A program made the translations under genes and the position numbers. From assembly GCF_001194135.2 (NCBI RefSeq), contig NC_069005.1, positions 31,520,953-31,584,952 of the forward strand: a stretch of 64,000 nt of DNA, given 5' to 3'. The notes under the pieces were generated by a model that did no database searches, was not told where the DNA came from, and saw only the letters and a program-made list of their open reading frames with translations. Positions within the stretch are counted from its first letter, which is position 1; each line of letters begins with the position of its first letter. This document shows, piece after piece, positions 14,250 through 41,985 of the stretch. Source of the stretch: Octopus bimaculoides (Eukaryota).

Positions 14250-14470
14250 TCCTGAATACCAATGTGGATTTCGGACAGGGAGAGGCCCTGTTGGCATGGC
14301 TTTTGCCCTTCGGCAAGTTCAAGAAAAAGCGCATCAGCAAAATATTGACTTGTATATGGTCTTTCTGAACTTGACCAAGGTCTTTGATACAGTGAATCAT
14401 GGGGCATTCTGGAAAATTTTGTCGAAAGTTGGTCTTCCTGATAAAATTATAAGGGTAACAGCATCTCTGC
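14250..14470 (+). mobile_element. RTE-type LINE reverse transcriptase fragment
   Basis: Translates as [69 protein letters not shown], matching the non-LTR RT QxGFR ... F.DL.KAFD.V motifs. Confidence 0.85.
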
Positions 14471-14579
14471 ACAAAGTAGTCAATTTTTAATATATACTGC
14501 TCAACATCTTAGAGTGTGCTTCTCAGGATTTATGTTTTCTACAAACGATATATATATATATATATACATACATATATTC

Positions 14580-14885
14580 GAGCGAGATCGTTGCCAGTGC
14601 CACGGGACTGGCTCCTGTGCAGGTGGCACGTAAAATACACTATTTGAGCGTGGCCGTTGCCAGTACCTCCTGACTGGCCCTCGTGCCGGTGGCATGTAAA
14701 AAGCACCCACTACACTCACGGAGTGGTTGGCGTTAGGAAGGGCATCCAGCTGTAGAAACTCTGCCAAATCAGATTGGAGCCTGGTATAGCCATCTGGTTT
14801 CACCAGTCCTCAGTCAAATCTTCCAGCCCATGCTAGCATGGAAAGCGGACGTTAAACGATAATGATGATGATGATGATGATGATA
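14580..14885 (+). mobile_element. Young (GAT)n-tailed SINE / LINE-3' family; near-identical copies at 30405-30560 and 30870-31085, older copies at 5870-6190, 43820-43915, 45180-45365, and 63515-63700 (minus)
   Basis: The shared sequence gagtggttggcgttaggaagggcatccagctgtagaaactctgccaaat...ggaaagcggacgttaaacgatgatgat recurs at these positions. Confidence 0.85.
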
Positions 14886-15200
14886 TATATAGACGTGACT
14901 GTAATAAGATTTTTGCTTCCCAACTAAATAGTTCCGGTTCAATACCNNNNNNNNNNNNNNNNNNNNNNNNNNNNNNNNNNNNNNNNNNNNNNNNNNNNNN
15001 NNNNNNNNNNNNNNNNNNNNNNNNNNNNNNNNNNNNNNNNNNNNNNNNNNNNNNNNNNNNNNNNNNNNNNNNNNNNNNNNNNNNNNNNNNNNNNNNNNNN
15101 NNNNNNNNNNNNNNNNNNNNNNNNNNNNNNNNNNNNNNNNNNNNNNNNNNNNNNNNNNNNNNNNNNNNNNNNNNNNNNNNNNNNNNNNNNNNNNNNNNAT

Positions 15201-15283
15201 CCTAACCCTAACCCTAACCCTATCCCTAACCCTAACCTTATCCCTAACCCGCGTGTGCAAATGAATACGTGTTTAGGGTTAGG
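15201..15283. repeat. Interstitial telomere-type (CCCTAA)n tract with a short inverted TTAGGG arm
   Basis: cctaaccctaaccctaaccctatccctaaccctaaccttatccctaaccc (15201-15250), then a spacer, then ttagggttagg (15273-15283). The tract abuts gap 14947-15198. Confidence 0.85.
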
Positions 15284-15587
15284 ATCGACCACTCACGACT
15301 AGCTAGCGCGGACGCGCGACTGCGCGTTCGGGTCCGCGCTGCTTTAGTAGTACTGACAGATAGAGTAAGTTCTAGGATTTAAAAAAAAATACACATGTAC
15401 TGCGGTGGATTTGTTCGACTAAACTCATCAAATTCGAAACTGCCTCCTCCGGATCGCCACTGAACCACGTGCAAGCTACACAGCAGGGATATTTTTAGCC
15501 TTTAAAAGTAAACCGGAAGTGATCGTTACTAAAGGGAGATAACTTTATAGCTGATTGATTATGGTCAATTGGAAGACTCGTTCCACG
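15284..15587 (+). promoter_or_regulatory. Putative NVL promoter/5'UTR: CpG-rich patch and ETS (GABP/ELK-type) motif CCGGAAGTG at 15513-15521
   Basis: There is a local CpG enrichment in an otherwise AT-rich window, directly upstream of the NVL start codon. An exact CCGGAAGTG lies about 70 nt upstream of the ATG. Confidence 0.55.
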
Positions 15588-32329
<16,742 letters not shown>

Positions 32330-32539
32330 GATGATATTCTGCTTAAAGGAAAAGAAAAGGCTGTTTATTGTTTTAATTTATTTGTTGGTTCATTAATATA
32401 TATACATATATATATATATATATATTTTTCATATGTTTATTTATATTAAATGTGTAAATGTCTCTGATGAGTCGTTAATAAGACGATAATTTTATTGTGG
32501 CAGAATTGTTAGAATGTTGGACAAAATACATTCTGGTAC

Positions 32540-32692
32540 TTTGGTTGTGTGGTAAGGGGTTTGTTTTTCAACCACATGGTTCTGGATTCAGTCCCACTGC
32601 ATGGCATCTTTGGCAAGTGTCTTCTACTATAGCCTTGGGCTGACCAAAGCCTTGTGAGTGGATTTGGTAGATGGAAACTGAAAGAAGCCGTT
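32540..32692 (+). mobile_element. tRNA-derived SINE family 2 (head gctgtgtggtaagaag.ttgcttcccaaccacatggttc.gggttcagtccc); further copies at about 1540-1660(-), 2380-2580, 6980-7075, 17320-17460, 21030-21180, 23640-23770, 27355-27490, 28690-28775(-), 47000-47150, 58140-58260(-)
   Basis: It has A-box/B-box-like tRNA head motifs and the shared body ggcaagtgtcttctactatagcc.cggg.cgaccaaagccttgtgagtggatttggtagacggaaactgaaagaagcc. Confidence 0.85.
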
Positions 32693-34216
32693 TGTTTTAT
32701 ATCAGGGGCCTGTCAACAGGGATTTCAATCCAGTCTGTAAGAAGGTGTGATATATGTAACCTATATATAGGATAAGGGTAAGCACCCCCTTAGGTCATGA
32801 CTGACCATGCGATTGCACCTAGAAGGTTCCCCTCCAAGGCACAAGTCCGGGCAAGATTGTTTATGGAAGACCAGCAGTCGCCCATGCATGCCAGCTACTC
32901 CTGTCCAAGCCACTGATGTTATTCAAGAGAAAGGCAAAGACCAGTACTGCGTAGCACCAATAACATTGCAACTCATTTCTACAGCTGAGTGAACTGGAGC
33001 ATTGTGAAATAAAGTGTCTTGCTCAAGAACACAACCTACATCTTGGTCTGAGAATTGAACTCACGACCTCATGATTGTGAGCCTGATGCTCTAACCACTG
33101 AACCATGCACCTTCAACTTATATATATATATATATATNNNNNNNNNNNNNNNNNNNNNNNNNNNNNNNNNNNNNNNNNNNNNNNNNNNNNNNNNNNNNNN
33201 NNNNNNNNNNNNNNNNNNNNNNNNNNNNNNNNNNNNNNNNNNNNNNNNNNNNNNNNNNNNNNNNNNNNNNNNNNNNNNNNNNNNNNNNNNNNNNNNNNNN
33301 NNNNNNNNNNNNNNNNNNNNNNNNNNNNNNNNNNNNNNNNNNNNNNNNNNNNNNNNNNNNNNNNNNNNNNNNNNNNNNNNNNNNNNNNNNNNNNNNNNNN
33401 NNNNNNNNNNNNNNNNNNNNNNNNNNNNNNNNNNNNNNNNNNNNNNNNNNNNNNNNNNNNNNNNNNNNNNNNNNNNNNNNNNNNNNNNNNNNNNNNNNNN
33501 NNNNNNNNNNNNNNNNNNNNNNNNNNNNNNNNNNNNNNNNNNNNNNNNNNNNNNNNNNNNNNNNNNNNNNNNNNNNNNNNNNNNNNNNNNNNNNNNNNNN
33601 NNNNNNNNNNNNNNNNNNNNNNNNNNNNNNNNNNNNNNNNNNNNNNNNNNNNNNNNNNNNNNNNNNNNNNNNNNNNNNNNNNNNNNNNNNNNNNNNNNNN
33701 NNNNNNNNNNNNNNNNNNNNNNNNNNNNNNNNNNNNNNNNNNNNNNNNNNNNNNNNNNNNNNNNNNNNNNNNNNNNNNNNNNNNNNNNNNNNNNNNNNNN
33801 NNNNNNNNNNNNNNNNNNNNNNNNNNNNNNNNNNNNNNNNNNNNNNNNNNNNNNNNNNNNNNNNNNNNNNNNNNNNNNNNNNNNNNNNNNNNNNNNNNNN
33901 NNNNNNNNNNNNNNNNNNNNNNNNNNNNNNNNNNNNNNNNNNNNNNNNNNNNNNNNNNNNNNNNNNNNNNNNNNNNNNNNNNNNNNNNNNNNNNNNNNNN
34001 NNNNNNNNNNNNNNNNNNNNNNNNNNNNNNNNNNNNNNNNNNNNNNNNNNNNNNNNNNNNNNNNNNNNNNNNNNNNNNNNNNNNNNNNNNNNNNNNNNNN
34101 NNNNNNNNNNNNNNNNNNNNNNNNNNNNNATTTGTAATTGTAAAAATTTAGAATTCTTCCCTTATTTCTGTGAACCATTCTTGTAGCCATGTTTTTATTG
34201 CTTTACTTCAGAGTAT

Positions 34217-35788
34217 TCATAATAAGGATTTTCTAGAAAACCGATCCAATCGGAAATGGCTCATGTCATATGAAGGTCTTTTGTTCATGACCATTTCTCC
34301 AAGAATTTTCCCTGTCACTGGTGCCAGCTTAAAACCATGTCCTGCAAATTTAGAGAAAAAGAAAATAAACCTTCCTTGAATGTACATTTTGTTAGTGTGT
34401 GTGTGTGTGTGTGTATACAAGGGGGTGCTGAAAAGTTTCTGGCTTTGGGTAAAAGAAAATACAGGAGGATCAGTTAATTTTGATTTTATTAGCTGCCAAT
34501 GACCAATTAATATTTGAAGGATCAGTATTTACAAGATCCATATAATTTTTAAGATCTGCTGTAAGAACTTATAGAACTATCAAACCCACATCCAAAAGGA
34601 AAATATGTTTATAAGAAAGTTGAGAAGAAAGTTTACCTGAAAATCCAGCACCCAAAATAAGGTTAGGGAACTTTGGATGCCTGTCCAAAACAAATTGTTC
34701 ATCTGGGGTCATCTAGAAATAAGAAAATGTCAAATTTTATATGTGCAAGTTCTTGTATTCCTTTATTTAACAACCATGTTTTTCCGTGTTCGTATGGGTT
34801 TGAACTGGGATGTAATTGAGACAGGATTATTTTGCAGTCAGATGCTCTTCTTATCACTTACTCTCATTTTTCAAGCAAAGGATTTTATTTATAAATCCAC
34901 AGGTTTTCAGAAGTGCAGAACAATCAGTCACAACATCTATAAGGAATGTAAACATCATGTCACCTTTTCACCCAAATGAAGCTCTGGGATGTAAACTTCC
35001 TTTCACATTCAAACTCAAATACACACACCAAACAAAAACCGAAAGTTTTAATTACCGTGTAAATACATGTTTCTATAATACTTGGATGCAGTTCCAATCC
35101 TGGAAATATGTCTTTGACAAGTTGCTCACATTTTTCAATTGTATACCTGGAGTCAACCTGATCTCGTTTGTTTGGGTCGATTTCAGGACCATGGTGCAAA
35201 AACAACTGCAGAAATCAATGTGTGTATACATATAATATTTGTCAACATGTATATATATATATAACACTATCAACAGATATATATGTGTGTGTATGCATTC
35301 TACCTCCCACACACAGCCCCTCGTTCCCGATCACCGTTTGTTATCTCCCCCTTTCTTAGCTCTCCTGAAATAAGAATTTCTAACTTCCGGTCAGTCATTG
35401 TTATGATCGGCCATTATTATGATTGACCGTTGACTGAACACTATTCAATTTTTTTTCTCCGTGTTTTTCTCCTTGTCTCCGTATTCTTTCTGTTGAAGAG
35501 CGTAGCTCGAAACGTCAAAGACTTTCCGTACTCCCGAGCGTCATACTAATATATACTTTTGTTATTTACACCACCTGTCCTCGCCTGTTGTTATTATTTG
35601 TATATTCTCCCATATATATATATATATATATATATGNNNNNNNNNNTCATACTAATATATACTTTTGTTATTTACACCACCTGTCCTCGTCTGTTGTTAT
35701 TATTTGTATATTCTCCCATATATATATATATATATGACACTATCAACAGATATATGTCCACATACATGAGTATGTATGTGGGTGGGTG

Positions 35789-35820
<32 letters not shown>

Positions 35821-36685
35821 TATGTGTTGAAGGAAAATGTAGTATAGAGGAATGTCAAAGAAATTGACAAGAAAAATGAGAAAGAACAGTACAATCAAAC
35901 GCTAACAAGTTCAACCCTTCATCAGTTGTCAACCAAATATCATCATAATTTCAACACCTTTTGATAACATTCAGTTTGTCGGTGTCAGCAATACGGAAGC
36001 TGCTGTGATATAGGCAAATAGCAGAATCAATAACAGATTAATGCAGTTTGAACTTTACTCCTTTTGACTTTAACCCATTGATTGACATTACAGGTTAAGT
36101 GTAAGAAGCGGGATCTAACTGAATTGAATATAGAATAGAATATTTAGGCCGGATATGATCAGATTAAATGCTAAATGATTAAGGGTGACACTTTTATTGG
36201 GGATGGCACTTTCAGGTCTGCTGTATAAGCCTTGGGGTTCCAGAGTTGGAAGGTGGGCAGCAAAGTCAAGGGTTGCTCCATGCAGCACACAGTCAAGCTG
36301 TGTTGCTGTCTGCAAATCATGATCAGTCATTCAATTGACCATCTGCATGCTATAGGTTTGTTCAATCAGAGTTGATTGACCTGGGGTTATACAACAAGAT
36401 AAGCAAAAGAGGAGTTGCAGTTGTGGAGGGTAGAAAGATAAGGAGGAAATATTTCCTCATTAATATGGTCTCTTACCTTTAGCATTCCAGGATATTCTTC
36501 TGCTGGAAGTCCATAGAACTCATCAATACCATTCCCATAATAAAATGCTGGGAAATTGTTCTTAAGTTCATATTGTCCTGGCACCTTCGATTTAAAATAT
36601 CCAACACTGATCTTCATTGGCTGTGAAGAGAAAAGACAATCCACTCAAAATACAAGGACCAATTTTGTATGCATGTATATATGTG

Positions 36686-36720
<35 letters not shown>

Positions 36721-39700
36721 GGATTGAAACAATAATAAATTTGGCAATTCTGTGTGAACACTAACCTTCAGAGGAAAATCAATTCCTAATTGGTTGAAAA
36801 ATATTTTGGCCCACGATCCTTGGCACAAGACAACATTTCGAGACTGGAACATTCCTTTGGTTGTATGCAGCTTAATAATCTCCCCTGGTTCCACAGATAA
36901 TACGGGGGTTCCATCAATGATTTTGCCACCAAGCTTCTTGAACTGATTCTGGAGAAATACAATAATGATAGTTCTGATAAAGAATTCACTGAAAACTATG
37001 TAACAAGTTTGGATTGGAGAAGGTATGAACATGAGTCAAAGGGTGTATGAGAAAATGGCAACAAGGAGCAAAGATGCTTTGGAATTTCAAGATCCAATAT
37101 GATCAGAAGTCCAATATGGTGCTGGTTGACAAGGGAGAAAAATCATACCGAATCATAGATATCCCATGTCCTAGGGACAGTAGAATCCTCAAAAAATGAT
37201 GAGATATGAAGCAATGAAAAGAGAAATCAAAAAGCTATGGTCAATAAAAAACGTGTATATTATGATAATAACTGTCCATGCCCTAAGTATAGTGAGCAAT
37301 GAAATTGAGAGGTGATTGGCTAAAGATAGGCATAAAAGGTTATATGCATATATATGTGTGTGTGTGTGTGTATATACAACACACAAAGTAACATTGTCAG
37401 CTGTATGCAATTTAAAACCAAATTGTGACTGAGGGCACTGGGTAGCATCTATAATGCTAGAAATAAGAATTAAAACCCTTAGAGTTGCAAGGAAGCACAT
37501 TTTGATATGCTGAGAGGGGAGATAACCACTCCATAAGTGAAGCTAGATCACTGGCAAAGACTAATTTTACCTGTAAGATTACAGGCCCATCAGCGGTGAC
37601 CACCTCATTGCCAAAGGGTTTGGCTAAATCCAGGCTGTCTATATATATTTACCATATGAATTTAGCAAAATGCTAATGTGAAAATTACAAGATAACACAG
37701 GTAGCTAAACGCAATATAAGACCAAAATGGAAAAGCTCAATTGTCATTAATTGTGACTGAAGTTGCTGGGTTGCACCTTTGTGTGTCTGAATAGAACGCT
37801 TGAAGGCAAGTAGAAACTGGTCTACACCTGTGCAAATGTAGAGTTAAAATACAGAAGAAAATAAAAATGGGAAATATGTTCGAGCAGTATTTTTGGGATC
37901 TTACCTGGAACGTCATCAGTGCTTGGTCTGCTCGCAGAATTCCTCCTTCAGGTTCAATGAGTGCTTTGGAACCTGCTGGAACTTTTATGTTGAATTCCTT
38001 GAGCAAACGGTCAGCTGGCACATCTTTAAAGGTCATTTTCTTGTCAATTAGGACCCTTTTCACTGTGTCCATGTAACTGCTCTGCGGGGTGGACATGACA
38101 AGTAGCTGGCTCTTCCTGAAAAAAGTATTTCAGTGTTATTGTTGCTGTTGTTGTTGTTGTGCTGGTCAAACTAACAGATGAGATCTGTATATGCGTGTGG
38201 CTAAGGTGTTGCATTCACGATCCTAAGATTGCAGTTTCGATACTTGGATTGGGCGATGCATTGTGTTCTTGATCAAGAGGCTTCATTTTATGTTCCTCCA
38301 GTTTGCTCAGCTGGCCAAAAAGGAATAATCCTGCAACAGACCATCTTCCTGTCCAGGGTGAATTCGGGTGAATATATGCTCCACAGAATTTGGGAAACTG
38401 GTCGTATGAGCCCATGTCTCAGGAAGGACCTTTGAACCTTTTGATGTGTGCAGCCTCGTGGTTGGTTAGGGTGTTGGACTCATGATCGTAAGATTGTGGT
38501 TTCAATTCCTGGACCACACAATTTGTTGTGTTCTTGAATGAAACACTTCATTTCATGTTTCTCCAGTCCACTCAGGTGGCAAACATGAGTAATTTTGCCA
38601 CAGACCAGCATCCCATCCTGCAGGATGATATGGTCAAAGTCGAATCACCAGGAAGGCCTACTTCCTACAAGACTTTATCTACATATATACTTAATTAGTG
38701 AGAAATGATCGTTGAGTTCAGGTGTTCACCTCAGACAATACTCACATGTACAACGGTTTTCTGAATTTGGATGATAGAAAGATATGGTGTGTGTGTGGTC
38801 GGAAGGAGATTAGTTGGTCAGCAAAAGATACAAAAAAAAAAAGGAACAAATAGTGAACTTACTTGTAGAGTTGAGTCTCAGAATCTCGTTCCAGTTGTGC
38901 CCACATGGGATAAGCTTCCTTCATCATCTCAGCAAAGATTTCCTGGAAGTAGGCCTTCCTGGTGATTCGACTTTGACCATGGGAACTTCCTCTGCTGTGT
39001 GGCAGTGGGAACTGGATTAAACGAGAGAAACCAATATATCATCGTCATCGTCAGCATTGTCATCATTTTGCATCTGTTTTCTATACATACATAAACAAAA
39101 GCATGTATACAAATGTATATAGATATATACATAAATAAATAACAACAAATGGATAATGTGTCAATTCACTGCAGCTGTTCCCATTTTTAATCAGTTTTTA
39201 ATTGATTAATTGGGGATATTACACCATTAGAAAAAAAGAAAACGTTTTCATCCGGTGACTACACGAACCACAACATTCAAAAACATTCAAAAGCCAACAG
39301 CATGTACACCTTCATGATTCTATGGCCTTTGCTGGTCAAAGAATGAAATTGTAAGTTCAGTATGAAAGTATTATAGGAGAAAAAAATGTGAGTCATTTGT
39401 AGGTAGAAGGGTTAGAGGGTGGGGTAGGGGGATCAGATAGTGAAACACCTCGTCCCCTACAACAAAGATAAAGTTACTTTTATCTTTCAATTCTATTCAA
39501 CAAGCGGTGTTAGGGCTAAGTAGGATTTGGTAGGCGGAAACTGAAAGAAGCCCGTCGTATATATATATATATATATATATGTTTGTGTGTCTGTGTTTAT
39601 CCCCACCCCACCAACATCGCTTAACAACCAATGTTGGTGTGTTTATGTCCCTGTAACATAGCAGTTCGGCAAAAGAGACCGATAGAATATATATATATAT

Positions 39701-39947
39701 ATATCATCATCATCATCATCATCATCATTGCCAAAGCCTACACCAGATTTCTGTCACTGTTTTGGCAGGATTTTTACACCTGAATGCCCTTCCTAACAAC
39801 AGAGCGAACACGACACAATGAAGTAGAGAAATTTGAAAAGACAACACGAAACCGGTTATTTCTCAAAATAACATTTTTCTAACATTTTTCTGACATAATT
39901 TAAATATATACTTTAACCATGTAACACAAGCTTTCTGNNNNNNNNNN

Positions 39948-39995
<48 letters not shown>

Positions 39996-40701
39996 ATACA
40001 CACATACACACACATGCACGCAAATACATATATATGTATATATACAACCGCCTGTATGTATTTGTGTGCATGTGTATATGTGTGTGCATGTATGTATGTG
40101 GTTTGTATACAACTACCTATGTGAAGGTGCATGGCTTAGTAGTTAGAGCATCGAGCTCACAATCATGAGGTAATGAGTTCGATTCCTGGACCGGGTTACG
40201 TGTTGTGTTCTTGAGCAAGATACTTTATTTCACGTTGCTCCAGTTCACTCAGCTGTCGAAATGAGTTGTGATGTCACTGGTGCCAAGCTGTATCGGCCCC
40301 TTTGCATTTCCCTTGGACAACATCAGTGGTGTGGAAAGTGGAGGCTGGTACACACAGACAACTGCTGGTCTTCCACAAACAACCTCATGTGGTTTTGTAC
40401 CTCAGAGGGGAACTTTCCATGGTTATTCATGACTGATGAGGGTCTTTACCCTTTTACAACCACCTACACCCACACCCATTCATGTCCCTTTTATGCTGCT
40501 CAACAAATATATTCACAGTAACATCAAACACAAAATTATGAAATTTATCAAATATAAAAGCAGGAATACAAAATATTTCATTGAAAGTTATTCTACCTGT
40601 TCCAATAATAAAGTTCTGTAACCATTTTTCTGTAGGTAGTGGGCGGTAGAAGAGCCATTTATACCAGCTCCAACAACTATAGCATCATACACGGCTGCCA
40701 T
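34217..40701 (-). CDS. PIPOX: Peroxisomal sarcosine oxidase / L-pipecolate oxidase, paralog A (most ancestral-looking), 8 exons, 380 aa
   Basis: Exons: 40701-40597, 39011-38863, 38115-37905, 36948-36766, 36620-36477, 35205-35056, 34712-34637, 34341-34217 (105+149+211+183+144+150+76+125 = 1143 nt, all GT-AG, no stops). Motifs: [12 protein letters not shown] (FAD Rossmann), [40 protein letters not shown] (covalent-FAD Cys), [26 protein letters not shown]-terminus RKSLL. Confidence 0.95.
35485..35521 (+). ncRNA. Candidate minimal type I hammerhead ribozyme (Penelope-like element type), variant core
   Basis: Stem I TCTTT (35485-89) pairs with AAAGA (35517-21). The core is CTGTTGA (canonical CTGANGA, A6->U) plus one extra A. 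Stem II is GAGC-gta-GCTC, then GAAA, a palindromic ACGT stem III, and a GUC cleavage triplet at 35514-35516. Confidence 0.6.
37075..37320 (+). mobile_element. R4/Dong-like non-LTR element, restriction-like endonuclease fragment (PIPOX-A intron 3)
   Basis: Translates as [31 protein letters not shown], then after a frameshift [31 protein letters not shown]. This matches the degenerate PD..D / KY..L..EI..LW / V.PIV.GALG pattern. Confidence 0.65.
40130..40455 (+). mobile_element. tRNA-derived SINE family 3 (head ggcttagtggttag.g..t.g..ctca..atc...aggt..tgagttcgattcc); further copies at about 9530-9850(+), 1340-1530(-), 8200-8400(-), 20340-20550(-), 21480-21700(-), 32780-33115(-), 38190-38330(+), 38450-38610(+)
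   Basis: It has tRNA-like boxes (tagtggttag, gttcgattcc) and the shared body gttgtgttcttgagcaagacactttatttcacgttgctccagttcactcagctg. Confidence 0.85.
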
Positions 40702-41099
40702 TATTAATTGCACTGGGCTGTTATCTTATCTTACCTTCTCTCTCTGTCTGTCTGTCTCTTATCTTCTCCTCTCTCTCTCTGTCTCCCCTTCTTTATCATC
40801 TCCCCACATTCTTTCTCACTTTGTCTCTCTCTTTTCTCTTTCCCTTTTTATTCATTCTTTCTTTCTTTCTTACCTTTTTTCTCTCTCTCTCTCTTTTCTC
40901 TCTCTTTTTTTCTTTCTAGGTCACTTTTCTCCCTCTCTCCTTCATCACCCTCCCCACCTTCTTTCACACTTTCCTTCTAACTCTTTCTCTCTCTCACACA
41001 CTCGTTCTCTCTTTCTCTGTCTGTCTGTCTCCCCCCTCTCTCTCTCTCCCTCTCTCTCTCTCTCAGTTTCTCAATTTCAAATTTGGTTTATAGCAATTG

Positions 41100-41330
41100 A
41101 CTCGACCCAGCCATTTCCATCTCCTTGCTTCAGTAGTTTCTCATATTGGTTTCATGTTCGCCTTGGTGTGTAATTGGTTATTCAAGATCAGATTCGGCCA
41201 GTAGACCTTAAAAAGTTTTTGTAAACATTTATTTTGAAACCCCCTCCAATTTCTTTTGGTTGTTTTCAGACATTTGGATCCATAGTCGAGGACATTACTT
41301 TTGTAAAATCGTATTTTAGGGCTCAATCAC
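41100..41330 (-). mobile_element. RTE-type LINE ORF C-terminal fragment
   Basis: KIRFYKSNVLDYGSKCL...FQNKCLQKLFKVYWPNLILNNQLHTKANMKPI, followed by RRWKWLGRV. Confidence 0.7.
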
Positions 41331-41464
41331 CTAACTTTGCATCTTTTCTACTCTATGCACACATCCTGAAATTTTTGGAGAGGTGGCGGGGGGCAGTCAA
41401 TTAGATTGATCCCAGTATGCAACTGGTTCCTAATTTATCGATCCCAAAAGGATGAAAGACAAGA

Positions 41465-41985
41465 GAGATGACTGTGCTGGTATGGTCATGTGCTACGTAT
41501 GGATGAGGAGAGCTGTGTGAAGAAGTGTCACTCCCTAACAGTGGAAGGAACCTGTGGAAGAGGTAGACCCATGAAGTCATGGGATGAGGTGGTGAAGCAT
41601 GACCTTCAAACGTTGGGCCTCACAGAGGCAATAACGAAAGACCTTTCGAAATCAAAATCAAAATCAAATCAGATCACAATCAAATGGAAATTGTAGTTGT
41701 GGTCGATGCCAGCCTCCTTGTCCTGACTGGCTCCTGTGCTGGTGACATAAAAAGCACCATCCGAACATGGCTGATGCCAGTGCCACCTGACTGGCTCCTG
41801 TGCTGGTGGCACGTAAAAAGCACCCACTACACTCTCAGAGTGGTTGGCCTTAGGAAGGGCAACATTGCCAGATCAGATTGGAGCCTGGTGCAGCCATCTG
41901 GCTTGCCAGTCCCCAGTCAAACCATCCAACCCATGCCAACATGCAAAACGGACATTAAACAATGATTATGATGATGGTGATGAAA
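41465..41985 (+). mobile_element. 5'-truncated RTE-type LINE: ORF end plus 3'UTR and (GAT)n tail
   Basis: WYGHVLRMDEESCVKKCHSLTVEGTCGRGRPMKSWDEVVKHDL, followed by the shared 3' module gagtggttggc.ttaggaagggca...aacgatgatgat. Confidence 0.8.
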
